A stretch of 64,000 nucleotides of DNA from Candidatus Bathyarchaeota archaeon (GTDB taxonomy: Archaea; Thermoproteota; Bathyarchaeia; Bathyarchaeales; Bathycorpusculaceae). Below the pieces are notes generated by a model that saw only the letters and a list, made by a program, of their open reading frames with translations, did not search any database and was not told the origin of the DNA. Below are positions 9,375-20,169 of the stretch, piece after piece. The DNA is taken from positions 96,001-160,000 of the forward strand of contig CAWFFH010000004.1 in NCBI GenBank assembly GCA_963815095.1, written 5' to 3'. How positions within the stretch are numbered: position 1 is the stretch's first letter; the number at the start of each line of letters is the position of its first letter. Both the position numbers and the translations under genes were made by a program.

Positions 9375-11132
9375 ATGACAAAACTAAACCTCAAAGAAAA
9401 AATCGCGACAACAGCCGCCAAACTCCACAATTCCAGCAACACAATAAAACAAAGCCTCAAAAAAACCAAACCGCAACAAAACAACAAATCAAAAATCAAT
9501 GTGGGAAAAAACAAAAAAATTAAACTACCTAAACTTCTAAAATTTAAATTCAAAATCAACTTAAACCCCAAAAAGGAAAAACTCGAATCTGAAGCACCTT
9601 CAATACCCAAAAACTTGGGAAAAGATGCTAAAATAATTGATAAATATCCACTGTACGAACCTTTCGCTCAAGTGGCAATAATTCAAGACCCCAAAACAGG
9701 CGAACACAAATATGTCCTCGACGAGCTCCAACTTGACTCGATGGAACGCGGCATATACCACCGCATCCTTGAAATATTGCTCGCTGAAATCGAATCTCCC
9801 AAAGAAGAAATAACTGACCCCAGAAAGTTCTTTGCTCAAGAAGCCAAAAAAATCGTAGACAAATACCGAATCAGTCTAGGTTGGCTTCCTGATGTGTCAT
9901 GGTACAAAATCCTCTATCATGCCGAACGCGATTTGGTTGGGTTTGGAAAAATTGACCCCTTAATGCGGGATCCAAACATAGAAGACATTTCTTGCGATGG
10001 AGTAAACAAGCCAGTTTACATTTGGCATCGAAATTTTGAAAGCATAGAAACGAACTTGCAATTTGAAAGCGACGAAGACCTTGACAATCTTGTCGTAAAA
10101 CTTGTCCACATGGCAGGCAAACACGTCAGCAGCGCCTTCCCAATTGTAGACGCGTCTCTTCCAGGAAAACACCGACTTGCAGTAGCTTACAGAAGAGAAA
10201 TCACCCCATTCGGCACAGCCTTCACTATCCGAAAATTCCGCGAAGACCCATACTCGATTATTGACCTCATCAACATCGGCACATTCACTGAAGAAATGGC
10301 GGCGTACCTTTGGGTTTGCCTTGAAAACCGCGCCTCTGTCATGGTTCTAGGTGGTACAGCAGCAGGCAAAACCACCGCGCTAAACGCTTTAGGTTGCCTC
10401 ATCAAACCCGGCAGCAAAATCATGACTATCGAAGAAACCGCCGAACTTAACTTGTCACATGAAAACTGGGTTTCACTCATCTCCAGACAAAGTTATGGAT
10501 TGGGTGGCAGCACAGTAGGCGAAGTCGCCCTCTTTGACTTGGTGAAGACCTGCATGAGACATCGCCCCGACTTGATGATTGTGGGAGAGGTTCGAGGCCA
10601 AGAAGCATATGTTCTGTTCCAGGCTTTGGCAACGGGTCACGGTGGCATGTGCACAATGCACGCCGAAAACGTGCAATCAGCAGTTAGACGTCTCACCCAA
10701 AAACCCATGGATATTTCACCAGCCTACATTCCACTCATGAACATTGTTATGTCCGTACAGCGTGTACACTTAGTAAAGAACGGCGAAAAGAGAGCCTACC
10801 GCCGCGTCCTCTCAGTCAACGAAATTATCGATTCCGAAAAATTCGTAGAATCCTTCAAATGGGATCCCATTAAAGACCTGCAAATCAAAGACATGGAATC
10901 AAGCTTTCTACTCACCAACTTTTCAGAGCGCCTCGGCATAACACGTGACCAACTCATTGAAGAAATGAATCGGCGAACAGAAGTACTGCGCTGGATGCGC
11001 AAAGGCAATATTCGAAGCTACAAAGAAGTTGCTTCAATAATTGCAGAATACTACGCTAGACCCAAAGAATTCTACCGTAAAATAGCTGAAAGTGAGGAGG
11101 CTAAACCAGTTGCCGCTTCTAGAAAAATTTGA
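9375..11132 (+). CDS. Type II/IV secretion (pilus assembly) ATPase, FlaI/CpaF-like
   Basis: GGTAAGKTT Walker A, IEETAE, RHRPD.MIVGEVRG, ATGHGG..TMHA; Lys-rich N-terminal extension. Confidence 0.93.
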   Translation: MTKLNLKEKIATTAAKLHNSSNTIKQSLKKTKPQQNNKSKINVGKNKKIKLPKLLKFKFKINLNPKKEKLESEAPSIPKNLGKDAKIIDKYPLYEPFAQVAIIQDPKTGEHKYVLDELQLDSMERGIYHRILEILLAEIESPKEEITDPRKFFAQEAKKIVDKYRISLGWLPDVSWYKILYHAERDLVGFGKIDPLMRDPNIEDISCDGVNKPVYIWHRNFESIETNLQFESDEDLDNLVVKLVHMAGKHVSSAFPIVDASLPGKHRLAVAYRREITPFGTAFTIRKFREDPYSIIDLINIGTFTEEMAAYLWVCLENRASVMVLGGTAAGKTTALNALGCLIKPGSKIMTIEETAELNLSHENWVSLISRQSYGLGGSTVGEVALFDLVKTCMRHRPDLMIVGEVRGQEAYVLFQALATGHGGMCTMHAENVQSAVRRLTQKPMDISPAYIPLMNIVMSVQRVHLVKNGEKRAYRRVLSVNEIIDSEKFVESFKWDPIKDLQIKDMESSFLLTNFSERLGITRDQLIEEMNRRTEVLRWMRKGNIRSYKEVASIIAEYYARPKEFYRKIAESEEAKPVAASRKI

Positions 11133-12831
11133 AGCTCTGTCGTTTCGCCTCTTCGGACGCGCGGCACCTTATTTACTGAAAAACGTCTTTCCAAAAACCA
11201 AAGGTGCCCTTGAAAAGGGAAGGGTGAGGATTTACCCCGAAACTTACGTTTCATTGATGTTTTTTGTTTCGTTGTTGACTGTTCCAGTTTCCGTTTTGGC
11301 AGGGGTAGTGGCTTTACTCTATGGTATTTTGCCTCTGTTGATCTTAGTTCCTCTTCCCTTGTTCATAATGGCCGGTTTCCTGGTGATTCCAATGAACAAT
11401 GCCAGTGAAAGATCTTCAGGCGTGGAACGCGAAATGCCTTTTGCGGCGGCCTACATCAGCGTTATGTCTTCTGGAGGCATAGCGCCCTACACCAGCTTCA
11501 AACGTTTAACTCAAGTGGATCTTATGCCGGCGATGAGTAAAGAGGCAAGGGACATAATCAAAGATGTAGAAATCTTCGGGACTGACCCTCTTACTGCTCT
11601 TGATAATGCCGCAAAAAGGACGCCGTTAGATATATTCAAGGACTTCTTGGGCGGCTACGCTTCAACTGTCATCATAGGCGGAGACATTGGCCACTACCTT
11701 GAACGTAAAGCAGAAGATATTTTCAGAACTCGTGCTTTGCGTGTTAAAGCAGCTGCTGAACGATTAGGTATGTTGCTGGAAACTTTCATAATCGTCATGG
11801 TTATGATGTCACTTTGTTTCTACATTCTGTTCGCTGTAAACGGCATCCAAAGCGGCGCCAACGCGAGCTCAGACATATCCCAGTATTCGGGTATCCTCAT
11901 GTATACCTACATCTTCACACCTATGCTCTCAATGCTTTTTGTTTACCTAGCACATAGTATGCAGCCTAAAACCCCGTTAGTAGATATGCGCCCCTACAAG
12001 GTTTTCGCTGTCTCAAGCGCAATAGCCATAGTAGTGTTCATGTTGCTTACCAATTTCATGGGCACAATGCAACTGCCGCTCTTCACAAGCTTGATAGCTT
12101 GGGGAGTCGATTTGCCGGTAGCCATAGCTGCTGCATTGTTCATTTCTGCAGCTCCCGCTGCGGTCGTACACATAAGATTAGCAAAAGCTAGAGCCAGCAT
12201 GGAAGAAGGCGTCGCAAATTTCCTGCGAGATCTGACTGAAGTCAGAAAAACAGGGCTCTCACCTGAAAAATGCATTGAAAACCTTTCTAAACGTGACTAC
12301 GGAACTTTCACTAAACAACTTAGAAAAATTAGCTCCGAAATTTCCTGGGGCATTCCAATAAAAAAAGTAATGTTCGATTTCCTACACCGTACAAGAAGTT
12401 GGATGGTGCAGATAGTCATGTTCCTGCTGGTTGAAACCATAGATGTTGGTGGCGGTACGATTCCCATGATCGAATCCTTAGCGCGCTTCAACAATTTGAC
12501 GCAAGAAGTTGAGAAAGAAAAGAAGATGTCGGTTCGCCCCTACGTTTTCATGCCGTACTTGGCCTCGATTTTGCTGGTGGCAACCACTATCATGATGATG
12601 GGCTTAACCACGGGAATAACCGTGCCGGGTGCAGCGCCAGCGGCGACAGATAATGGATTGATGACTACAGTATTCATGTCATCTGTTATCTTCAACAGCT
12701 TCCTAATTGGAATTGTTGCGGGAAAAATAAGCGAAGAATCCGTTGGAGCAGGTTTCAAGCATGCAGCCATCTTGGTGCTTATCTCGATAATAGCTGCCAA
12801 GGTAATTCCGATATTCGTTAAACTCGGATAA
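11110..12831 (+). CDS. Pilus membrane platform protein (TadB/C, FlaJ-like, two T2SSF domains)
   Basis: Follows the ATPase; repeated cytoplasmic domain plus TM architecture; start moved to TTG 11110 behind GAGGAGG. Confidence 0.88.
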   Translation: MPLLEKFEALSFRLFGRAAPYLLKNVFPKTKGALEKGRVRIYPETYVSLMFFVSLLTVPVSVLAGVVALLYGILPLLILVPLPLFIMAGFLVIPMNNASERSSGVEREMPFAAAYISVMSSGGIAPYTSFKRLTQVDLMPAMSKEARDIIKDVEIFGTDPLTALDNAAKRTPLDIFKDFLGGYASTVIIGGDIGHYLERKAEDIFRTRALRVKAAAERLGMLLETFIIVMVMMSLCFYILFAVNGIQSGANASSDISQYSGILMYTYIFTPMLSMLFVYLAHSMQPKTPLVDMRPYKVFAVSSAIAIVVFMLLTNFMGTMQLPLFTSLIAWGVDLPVAIAAALFISAAPAAVVHIRLAKARASMEEGVANFLRDLTEVRKTGLSPEKCIENLSKRDYGTFTKQLRKISSEISWGIPIKKVMFDFLHRTRSWMVQIVMFLLVETIDVGGGTIPMIESLARFNNLTQEVEKEKKMSVRPYVFMPYLASILLVATTIMMMGLTTGITVPGAAPAATDNGLMTTVFMSSVIFNSFLIGIVAGKISEESVGAGFKHAAILVLISIIAAKVIPIFVKLG

Positions 12832-12837
12832 GGAGCG

Positions 12838-13716
12838 ATGAAGATGCGAAATAGTCACACAAGTTTACGGAAGGATAAGAGGGCAGCTAGCCCAGCTATC
12901 TCAACAGTCATATTGATGGCCGCTGCAGTCGTTATGATTCTGGTTGCGATGAGTTACGCGAACAATATCTTAAGCGCGAAAGTAGCCCAGAACGAGTACA
13001 ATGCAAACAAACAATTCCTTCAAACAACTGGGCAACAGATCGACGATATTGCTTGGACAGTTGGCCGTACACAAACAGTCAGTTTCTCAAGCAGGTATGG
13101 CTATGTAAAGTTCCAAGAAGTGGCGCTCGACTACAATTTCAGTGTCCACACTAGTTCAGGATGGAAATACCTAATATTATCTGGAAAAACGGGAATTATC
13201 CTCTATAACATGCCAGTAAGCTCTTATTCAATTGGTAACAATTACTTCGAACGCCTTCCCTCCAACGTCAATAGCTCATTTCTGCTGCCTGATTCCACCG
13301 CGCCAATAAGTCAAGTAGTATGTGAAGAAAAACTACCGATGAGCGATGGCAGCTTTACCCGAATCGCCCTAATCCCAACCATGAGAGTGCTTACTTCAAC
13401 GATAACTTCAACAACGGGAACAACAAATTACTTCAAATTTTATTTGCCTGACCTTGAAAATGGCACGAACCTTTACAGGTCCCAATCCATTACATTAACG
13501 GGGGATGGCATATCAAAAGTTACTGCAATTGGCGTCGACCAAGTACGTATAAGCGTTAGTTTTCCTAAGGCTGCGTCTCTTGGCTTTGACTCATCATTTT
13601 TCAATTTCAAAAGCAACACTGTAAATCTCAACAGCACTTCTACTCCGCAGATGACTCCAAACTCAGTTGTTGAATTTTACGTCGGAAAAGTGGTTGTTGC
13701 AATTGGACAGGTGTAA
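12838..13716 (+). CDS. Pilin-like protein with class III signal peptide
   Basis: RKDKRA|ASPAISTVILMAAAVV prepilin cleavage pattern. Confidence 0.82.
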   Translation: MKMRNSHTSLRKDKRAASPAISTVILMAAAVVMILVAMSYANNILSAKVAQNEYNANKQFLQTTGQQIDDIAWTVGRTQTVSFSSRYGYVKFQEVALDYNFSVHTSSGWKYLILSGKTGIILYNMPVSSYSIGNNYFERLPSNVNSSFLLPDSTAPISQVVCEEKLPMSDGSFTRIALIPTMRVLTSTITSTTGTTNYFKFYLPDLENGTNLYRSQSITLTGDGISKVTAIGVDQVRISVSFPKAASLGFDSSFFNFKSNTVNLNSTSTPQMTPNSVVEFYVGKVVVAIGQV

Positions 13717-13734
13717 TCTTAAGGAGGTTAAAGT

Positions 13735-14211
13735 ATGCCGCAGGTAGCACTCGAATACATGATTTTTGTTCCTGTCTTAATCTTGCAGATCTTCCTTTTT
13801 CCATTAACTGCTTCAATAATCATGAATACTTACGTAGATTCCCGTATGACAATTGAAATTCAGGAAGTAGCAGGGCACATGGCCAGTTCAATTCAGCAGC
13901 TTTACTATACCATTGACCATGGGTCAATATCTAACGGTTCTATGAAGATCATCTTAGATACTCCGCCCTTAATAGAAGGTTACGCCTATACAACGACACT
14001 TAGCCATGTAACGCAACAGGACACTTCTTACCAAATCATGAATGTTACACTCAAGCTTGTTGGCGCGAAAGATCAAGCTTCATCGATAGTGACACTTGGA
14101 AAAGATATTGATTGGCAAGAAAACCTGGCATTCAATAGTACCGCCCACTCACTCAGCATGGTGGCCACTAAAACAGCAAATTCCATTTGGCTGTCTTTTG
14201 GAGGAACATAG
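13735..14211 (+). CDS. Minor pilin-like protein
   Basis: MPQVALEYMIFV (QxxLE) followed by a hydrophobic helix; AAGGAGGT SD. Confidence 0.7.
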   Translation: MPQVALEYMIFVPVLILQIFLFPLTASIIMNTYVDSRMTIEIQEVAGHMASSIQQLYYTIDHGSISNGSMKIILDTPPLIEGYAYTTTLSHVTQQDTSYQIMNVTLKLVGAKDQASSIVTLGKDIDWQENLAFNSTAHSLSMVATKTANSIWLSFGGT

Positions 14212-14212
14212 G

Positions 14213-15436
14213 ATGGCAAGCGGCGGAATAGACCATATGATGTCCATGATAATTTTCATAACTGCCTTCCTAATTTTTATCGGGTTCTTTAGCCAGACCA
14301 TGCAAACAGGAATCGCTTATGCACAACACAATGCGTTGTCAACGAAAACAAGTGACCTCTTAGATAACATACTGCTGAATCCTGGTATACCCAACAATTG
14401 GGGGCAGAACGATAATTCAATCGTGGGCTTCGGGTTGCAGGATCCAGATTATTCACAGTACCAGTTGAGTTCTTCATCTCTTATGCGTTTAACTTCCACT
14501 CAATCGCCAGTTTATTATAATGGCACATACTACAGCAACATAACAGCAGGGTTTGGCGGTTATCTACTTGCTCCATCTGCAAAGAGCATAAATTACTCTA
14601 CCGCATCTAAACTCTTGGGAATAAACGGCACCTACGGGTTCCTACTGTTAATAACACCAACAATAACTGTGTCAATCCAAAAACTATCCGTCGCGCCGCT
14701 TGAATTCTCCGTTAATGTTGATGGAACAGGATACCCGCTTGCAAACGCACCCCTAAGCTACAGCCTCTTGCTGGTTAACCAAGACGCAAACAACTATCCT
14801 TCTTACACAATTCTAAGCGGCACAACCACAGCTGACCCGGCAGGAGCTGTACGACTGACTTTTCCACAAGTCACAAGTGAGGACCAATCATACGCGCTCA
14901 TTGTTTGTTCTTATCTTGATGGACTTAAAGGAATGGGGTATTTCGTTCATGATTCTCAATCCTTTGCCAAAACAGTGGTTCCTTTAGTAGATAGTTTTAA
15001 GCAGAGTACAATCATTCTCGCACATGGAGATTCTGTCGGTCAACCTCCGCAGCCGCCAGCTCCTTCACATCTGAGTTATAATGCTACATTTGCCATTTTA
15101 ACCGAAGATTATGCGCTGCGTCAAGTACAATTAGACCCGTTCGCTGCAATTGGAGTTGTAACGTATGGTTCAGGAAGTGGACAAGAAAACGCTTCTATAA
15201 AAGTTCCTAACACAGATGGAATTTTAATTGTAACTTACAAAAATAATGCAGGTCAATATGGAATTGTTTTGATGCCTTGGGGTTTAAGCGCCCTGTCTTT
15301 TCCCTTAACGTTTGGCAGCAACTATCCTGGGAAAGATTGGGTAACAACTGACATTCGCCAAGTAATTATCGGCGGCATTTCTTACCAAGCAACACTTGAA
15401 CTGTGGAACATTCAAGGAAATTCGGTGATTAGCTAA
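14213..15436 (+). CDS. Minor pilin-like/adhesin protein
   Basis: Start moved to MASGGIDHMMSMIIF; hydrophobic N-helix; LLNPG.P.NWG motif. Confidence 0.7.
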   Translation: MASGGIDHMMSMIIFITAFLIFIGFFSQTMQTGIAYAQHNALSTKTSDLLDNILLNPGIPNNWGQNDNSIVGFGLQDPDYSQYQLSSSSLMRLTSTQSPVYYNGTYYSNITAGFGGYLLAPSAKSINYSTASKLLGINGTYGFLLLITPTITVSIQKLSVAPLEFSVNVDGTGYPLANAPLSYSLLLVNQDANNYPSYTILSGTTTADPAGAVRLTFPQVTSEDQSYALIVCSYLDGLKGMGYFVHDSQSFAKTVVPLVDSFKQSTIILAHGDSVGQPPQPPAPSHLSYNATFAILTEDYALRQVQLDPFAAIGVVTYGSGSGQENASIKVPNTDGILIVTYKNNAGQYGIVLMPWGLSALSFPLTFGSNYPGKDWVTTDIRQVIIGGISYQATLELWNIQGNSVIS

Positions 15437-16797
15437 TGATTCGCACAATAGAGGTACTATTTGTAATCATAATTCTTGCAGGCGCGTTCATAACTGTCTC
15501 TTACTTTACAGTTTTGCCTTCGTCAAGGCAAATTTCGCCTATAAACCTCAGAATGCTATCATTCACGACTTTGCAGACGCTTGATTCAAACTATGACTTA
15601 AGCAGAGCTGCTTTCGAAACTGGCAATGTCACTGTTTGGAGTGGCGTCCAAGTTGCGCTTTCAGCTTCCTTGCCGCCCAATGTAGTATATAACCTTACAG
15701 TCTATGATGTGAACGACCAACAAGGGCAAGTCTATAACTACATTACCTCCATTTCAAATGCTGCGAGCCAAAGCTCAATCTCAGATGTTGCCACGTATGC
15801 AGTGGCTTCTTCAAATGTAACTTTCAACTTTACACCCGAGAAGATCGGGGAAAGCTCAGGTGGAACAACACTTTACATTCTTAATTGCAGCGATGCAAAC
15901 GGCTGGTGGATTACCGGTTACACAGCCCAGAGTTTAGCTCAGGATTTGTACAACTTGTTGTCGCCCTATTTCACTAATACAGTAATGGTTCAGAACACAG
16001 TTCAGCTTAGACAACTAATCGATAACCAAACAATTTCCGGTTCACCAACCGAGCGAGTTCAAAACGCTGTCGTAATCAACACCTTAGGCGAAAGCGTTCC
16101 AATGCCTTCGGAGTATTATCAAGGTAATTCCCGGGGGTATCTAGGTTACGATGCAGGTGCTCCAAGCGGTTACAACTATGTTAAGTATTGTTGGACTTTA
16201 GGAAATACTGTACGAATGTACAATTGGACCTGGGCCAGTATCGTTGGTTACCCATTCTACTATGTTAGTAACAATGCCGTTTTCTCAGGCAGCCAGAACA
16301 ACTGGGGGATTTATGGAATGAAAATGAACAGTCAAGGTGGCTCAAGAGCTTTTCTTCAGGGCTTAGATAATCAATCGTACGCTTACGATTCCAGCAGCGT
16401 TGTCAGCGATGTTGGGGGCGTCACACTTACAAACCAAGCCATTGAATATACCAACTATTATGGTATTTATCCTTCGGCATACCAGACATCTACCAGAGCA
16501 CTCGCTAACTCAATACTGGCAAGTTACCATCTTAGCATTGGATTTAACGTTTTCAATCCTGTTATTTTTTCTGGGCAGACTTATAATCCAGGTGCAATAT
16601 ACAATCATAAAGCATCAGGTTCCTCGAACATTACCGGGTCGCTGTTAGCTTTAGGGTTAACCCGAACACCTGACGTTCGAGTCACAGGTTTGAGCCTTCT
16701 ATCATATTATCAGCCAAGGCTTTACGCTTCTCAGTATACAACTTCAGGTACTACAAGATTAGTCACTCTACAATTGGGTTTAGTGGGGAGTGGATAA
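15436..16797 (+). CDS. Minor pilin-like/adhesin protein
   Basis: MIRTIEVLFVIIIL N-helix; S/T/N/Y-rich extracellular body; translationally coupled (TAATG). Confidence 0.7.
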   Translation: MIRTIEVLFVIIILAGAFITVSYFTVLPSSRQISPINLRMLSFTTLQTLDSNYDLSRAAFETGNVTVWSGVQVALSASLPPNVVYNLTVYDVNDQQGQVYNYITSISNAASQSSISDVATYAVASSNVTFNFTPEKIGESSGGTTLYILNCSDANGWWITGYTAQSLAQDLYNLLSPYFTNTVMVQNTVQLRQLIDNQTISGSPTERVQNAVVINTLGESVPMPSEYYQGNSRGYLGYDAGAPSGYNYVKYCWTLGNTVRMYNWTWASIVGYPFYYVSNNAVFSGSQNNWGIYGMKMNSQGGSRAFLQGLDNQSYAYDSSSVVSDVGGVTLTNQAIEYTNYYGIYPSAYQTSTRALANSILASYHLSIGFNVFNPVIFSGQTYNPGAIYNHKASGSSNITGSLLALGLTRTPDVRVTGLSLLSYYQPRLYASQYTTSGTTRLVTLQLGLVGSG

Positions 16798-19700
16798 ATG
16801 AACAATAAAGGCGCATTTTCGATAATAGCTGCATTGCTTGTCGCAGTGGTTTTAATCGGTTCAGTTATAACGTTTTACTCTGCAATTCGCTACAGCCCAA
16901 TTCAAGGGCAGCCTCAAATTTTAAGTTCTGTAAATGAAAGCAATCAGGCGCTAAAACAGATTTTAGGCTTCACAGTGGGCTATTACGGTTCAGTTTTAAA
17001 AGTAACAGGTAACGTAACTTACGCTCGACAATTAGCCCAAAATTATTTCGACAGCGGGCTGACAAATGTGGGCTCTTTTAAGCCAGAATGGGCTCTATCG
17101 CTAAACGAAACTGATTTGGAGCTTAAAGCTAACTGGTTTACCAATAACAGCTACAGTCAAGGCAACATGAACATCACTTATAATTTGAACGGTTTAGGCA
17201 TTTCCGGCGTTAGTTATTCTGCCTCAACTCGCCTAGAGGTACAAGTATCAGACTCAAACTCACCCACACAAGCACAGTTTAAAATTCTAACCGACAACGG
17301 TGAACCACTAATCAACCTTGGAGTTAACAACATTAAGTTTTACCATTATGAGTATGGGAATTTATCCTGGGACTTTTCAGTGCCAACCAACATCATCTCC
17401 CATGGAGACGGAACGTACATCGTTGACCTTCCATCAGATGTGCCCAGCAACTCTTATGTGGTTCAAGTGGAAGACACCCGCGGACTTTCAGTTTTAGCTT
17501 CATCATTTAGCCAATTTACAACGTCACTTGCCTGGAACACAACTGGGTTTAAAACCGACTTAGCTTACGTGGACAGTGCCAACTTGGATGTTTTGGGAGC
17601 TCACAGCAACTTCGCTTCCCAACAAAGCGGGCCAGACAGCATATATGATGCCTTGACCGAAGCACCGTCAGGATCCACCTATGTTCCAAGTTACTCAACA
17701 AACTACAATACCTATGGTTCAACAAAATTGGCAAGTGGGTCAACAGGCAGCTTGCAAGTTAACGATGGAGTTTACATGAGTTTTCACTCGTATGCTTCTT
17801 CGTTTTCCGGTTCGACAAACTTTGGAAACACTAACATTGAGGCAAACACCCAAAGTATTGAGAATTCAGTACGAGGTTCAATATTTAGCCCTGTTGATAA
17901 CAGCCAAGCTCAAAGCATATCTGTCTATTTAGATTTGCAGAATGGCGCTGCAAACCGAAAAGTCAAAGCAGCAATCTACTCCGAAACACACAACTTTATC
18001 GCATCAACAGAAGAATTAATAATTTCAACGACAGGTTGGTACACCTTCAACTTTAACGACCCGAAGCCAATTCTGGCGGCAAACACAAACTACGTACTCG
18101 CAGCCTGGTCCGACTCGACGACCGGCGACGTTTTAGTGCATTTTAATCAAGGTTCAAACAATCAGGGTCATGGATTAAATCAGAATTACAGCAATTGGCC
18201 AGGTTCACCCAGTTTCAACCATGACAAAAATAGGTACAGCATCTACTGTACATACTCAAAAGTAAGCCAATATTCTGCGCAGGTTGAGTTAACTGGGAAT
18301 TCAGCTGCATCTCTTCCATGGGCTAATCTTGTTTGGACCATTGATTGTTCCTCTTCCCAAAGCAGTGTATCCGCTACCTTCCAGGTCTACAACTCGGCAA
18401 CAGGACAGTACCCAAGCAGCGGAGATGGGTATATGACTGCCACGTTGGGACCAGGTGACCAAACCAAGCTACAAACAATAGTCACAAATCCTGAAAGCTT
18501 TCTAAACAGCAGCGGATACTGGAGATTCAACATAACCGCTATAAAATCAACTGCGACGCCTTTTGACCTTATCATGGACTTTGTACAGTACAATCCCGAT
18601 GCCCCCAACTATGCGCTTGATCTTCAAGAGCAATGGACAAACATTAACGCCACAAACCTCCGCCAAGACCTATGCATAAAAACAGGCACCATGGGCACAG
18701 AGCCTTTGTTGGTGCAGATTTTGCATGGGGGCAACTGGCAGAACCTAATGACGTTGACTCCGAATTACTTCAACAATGTTTCCCTTGCGCCGTATATAGA
18801 TTCAACAACACTTGCCATCCGCTTTGTAGGTAGCAATGACGCAACAGATCCAACTCAAGACAGCTGGAACATCGACTCGGTCTACCTGCAAGATGAAACA
18901 GACATTAATTTCCTTGTTAACCAGCAACAATCTACGTTCACGCTGGAATTATTGCAGAACGGCACGATGCGGTGGCTTGGCCAAAACATGCAATCAACGA
19001 GTCAAACTCTGCCGATTCCGCCAATTCCAGTGAAGGCAATCCACGTAAACCAAACCATAAACGGAGTAAACCAAGAAGTTCCCTTCCAAATTGAAGATTG
19101 GGCATCTAACTACCAAATCCCACTGGGTTTAACCAGCAATACAACACTCTTTGGCAACAGGCAAATGATTGTTTTCCTCTTAAGCGGCAAAGTCACCGAT
19201 TTCACAGTTTGGTGGGATGGAAGTGACGCTGCAACCCAGACGCCGCTGGCTTTCACCAACCGGTACTTTACCAACGATAATACTGTTACCTCAACGCTTA
19301 CGAATGGTTACGTAACCTTGCAAATTGGCGGCTTCAACGTTAAAGCAACCGCTGGGAGCACTTCCAGCACAGCGAATTTCATGCGCATCAACACAAACCC
19401 CAGTACTTACGGTGCAGGAGCAGCATTTGTGATCCACCATGGCGTAGTCAGAGATATTGTTCAACAAGAAGCAGAATGGAACAATGGTCCAACCGGCTGC
19501 CCCAACCTCTACGCAAACATCGTTCTTACGCTTCCAGCAAACACAACGTACTATACCTATCAGCTTAGAATCATGTTCCTTAACTCTTCTCAAGCACGTT
19601 CAATCACAGATTTATCTCCAATCCAACTTACAACATCTCTTGGCTCACCACAGTTACAGACCGAAAACGGCATCCTCGCCGGCTCCCCAATCCTTCAAAA

Positions 19701-20076
19701 CGGAACAGGCACATTCATCAACTCTACAGCTGGCAGTTGGACACCCCGACACTTTAGCCAATTTATGTCGACTGATGGAAAAGGTGCTGGAATAATGTTT
19801 AGAGACGTTGCTAACAGGAATCTTTACGCATTTGATTCTTTCGCTGGAAGCACCTCTAAAGGTGGTTTTAAAGCCAGTGCTGCATCTATCGAGATGAATC
19901 CTGTAGTTTCAGGGCAAGTTTCATTCAATTACGCCTACGATATCACTTGGCAGGGTGCAGTGGAAACATTTGATGGAACAACGCCTATATGTAACCTGTA
20001 TGATGGAACAACGCCGATGGGTCTTTGGATATTGGCAGAGTATCCGCCTACGTTAACTGTAATTCCAAGTAGCTAA
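16798..20076 (+). CDS. Large (1092 aa) pilin-anchored adhesin-like surface protein
   Basis: MNNKG|AFSIIAALLVAVVL class III signal; beta-rich, many N-glycosylation sequons. Confidence 0.78.
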   Translation: MNNKGAFSIIAALLVAVVLIGSVITFYSAIRYSPIQGQPQILSSVNESNQALKQILGFTVGYYGSVLKVTGNVTYARQLAQNYFDSGLTNVGSFKPEWALSLNETDLELKANWFTNNSYSQGNMNITYNLNGLGISGVSYSASTRLEVQVSDSNSPTQAQFKILTDNGEPLINLGVNNIKFYHYEYGNLSWDFSVPTNIISHGDGTYIVDLPSDVPSNSYVVQVEDTRGLSVLASSFSQFTTSLAWNTTGFKTDLAYVDSANLDVLGAHSNFASQQSGPDSIYDALTEAPSGSTYVPSYSTNYNTYGSTKLASGSTGSLQVNDGVYMSFHSYASSFSGSTNFGNTNIEANTQSIENSVRGSIFSPVDNSQAQSISVYLDLQNGAANRKVKAAIYSETHNFIASTEELIISTTGWYTFNFNDPKPILAANTNYVLAAWSDSTTGDVLVHFNQGSNNQGHGLNQNYSNWPGSPSFNHDKNRYSIYCTYSKVSQYSAQVELTGNSAASLPWANLVWTIDCSSSQSSVSATFQVYNSATGQYPSSGDGYMTATLGPGDQTKLQTIVTNPESFLNSSGYWRFNITAIKSTATPFDLIMDFVQYNPDAPNYALDLQEQWTNINATNLRQDLCIKTGTMGTEPLLVQILHGGNWQNLMTLTPNYFNNVSLAPYIDSTTLAIRFVGSNDATDPTQDSWNIDSVYLQDETDINFLVNQQQSTFTLELLQNGTMRWLGQNMQSTSQTLPIPPIPVKAIHVNQTINGVNQEVPFQIEDWASNYQIPLGLTSNTTLFGNRQMIVFLLSGKVTDFTVWWDGSDAATQTPLAFTNRYFTNDNTVTSTLTNGYVTLQIGGFNVKATAGSTSSTANFMRINTNPSTYGAGAAFVIHHGVVRDIVQQEAEWNNGPTGCPNLYANIVLTLPANTTYYTYQLRIMFLNSSQARSITDLSPIQLTTSLGSPQLQTENGILAGSPILQNGTGTFINSTAGSWTPRHFSQFMSTDGKGAGIMFRDVANRNLYAFDSFAGSTSKGGFKASAASIEMNPVVSGQVSFNYAYDITWQGAVETFDGTTPICNLYDGTTPMGLWILAEYPPTLTVIPSS

Positions 20077-20169
20077 TCCTGCAAAACTTGGCTTTATTGT
20101 ACGATTCAATAGTTACCGACAAAATCTTATTAGCCTAAGCCACCAACAAACTATCAAAGAGGTATCAGC

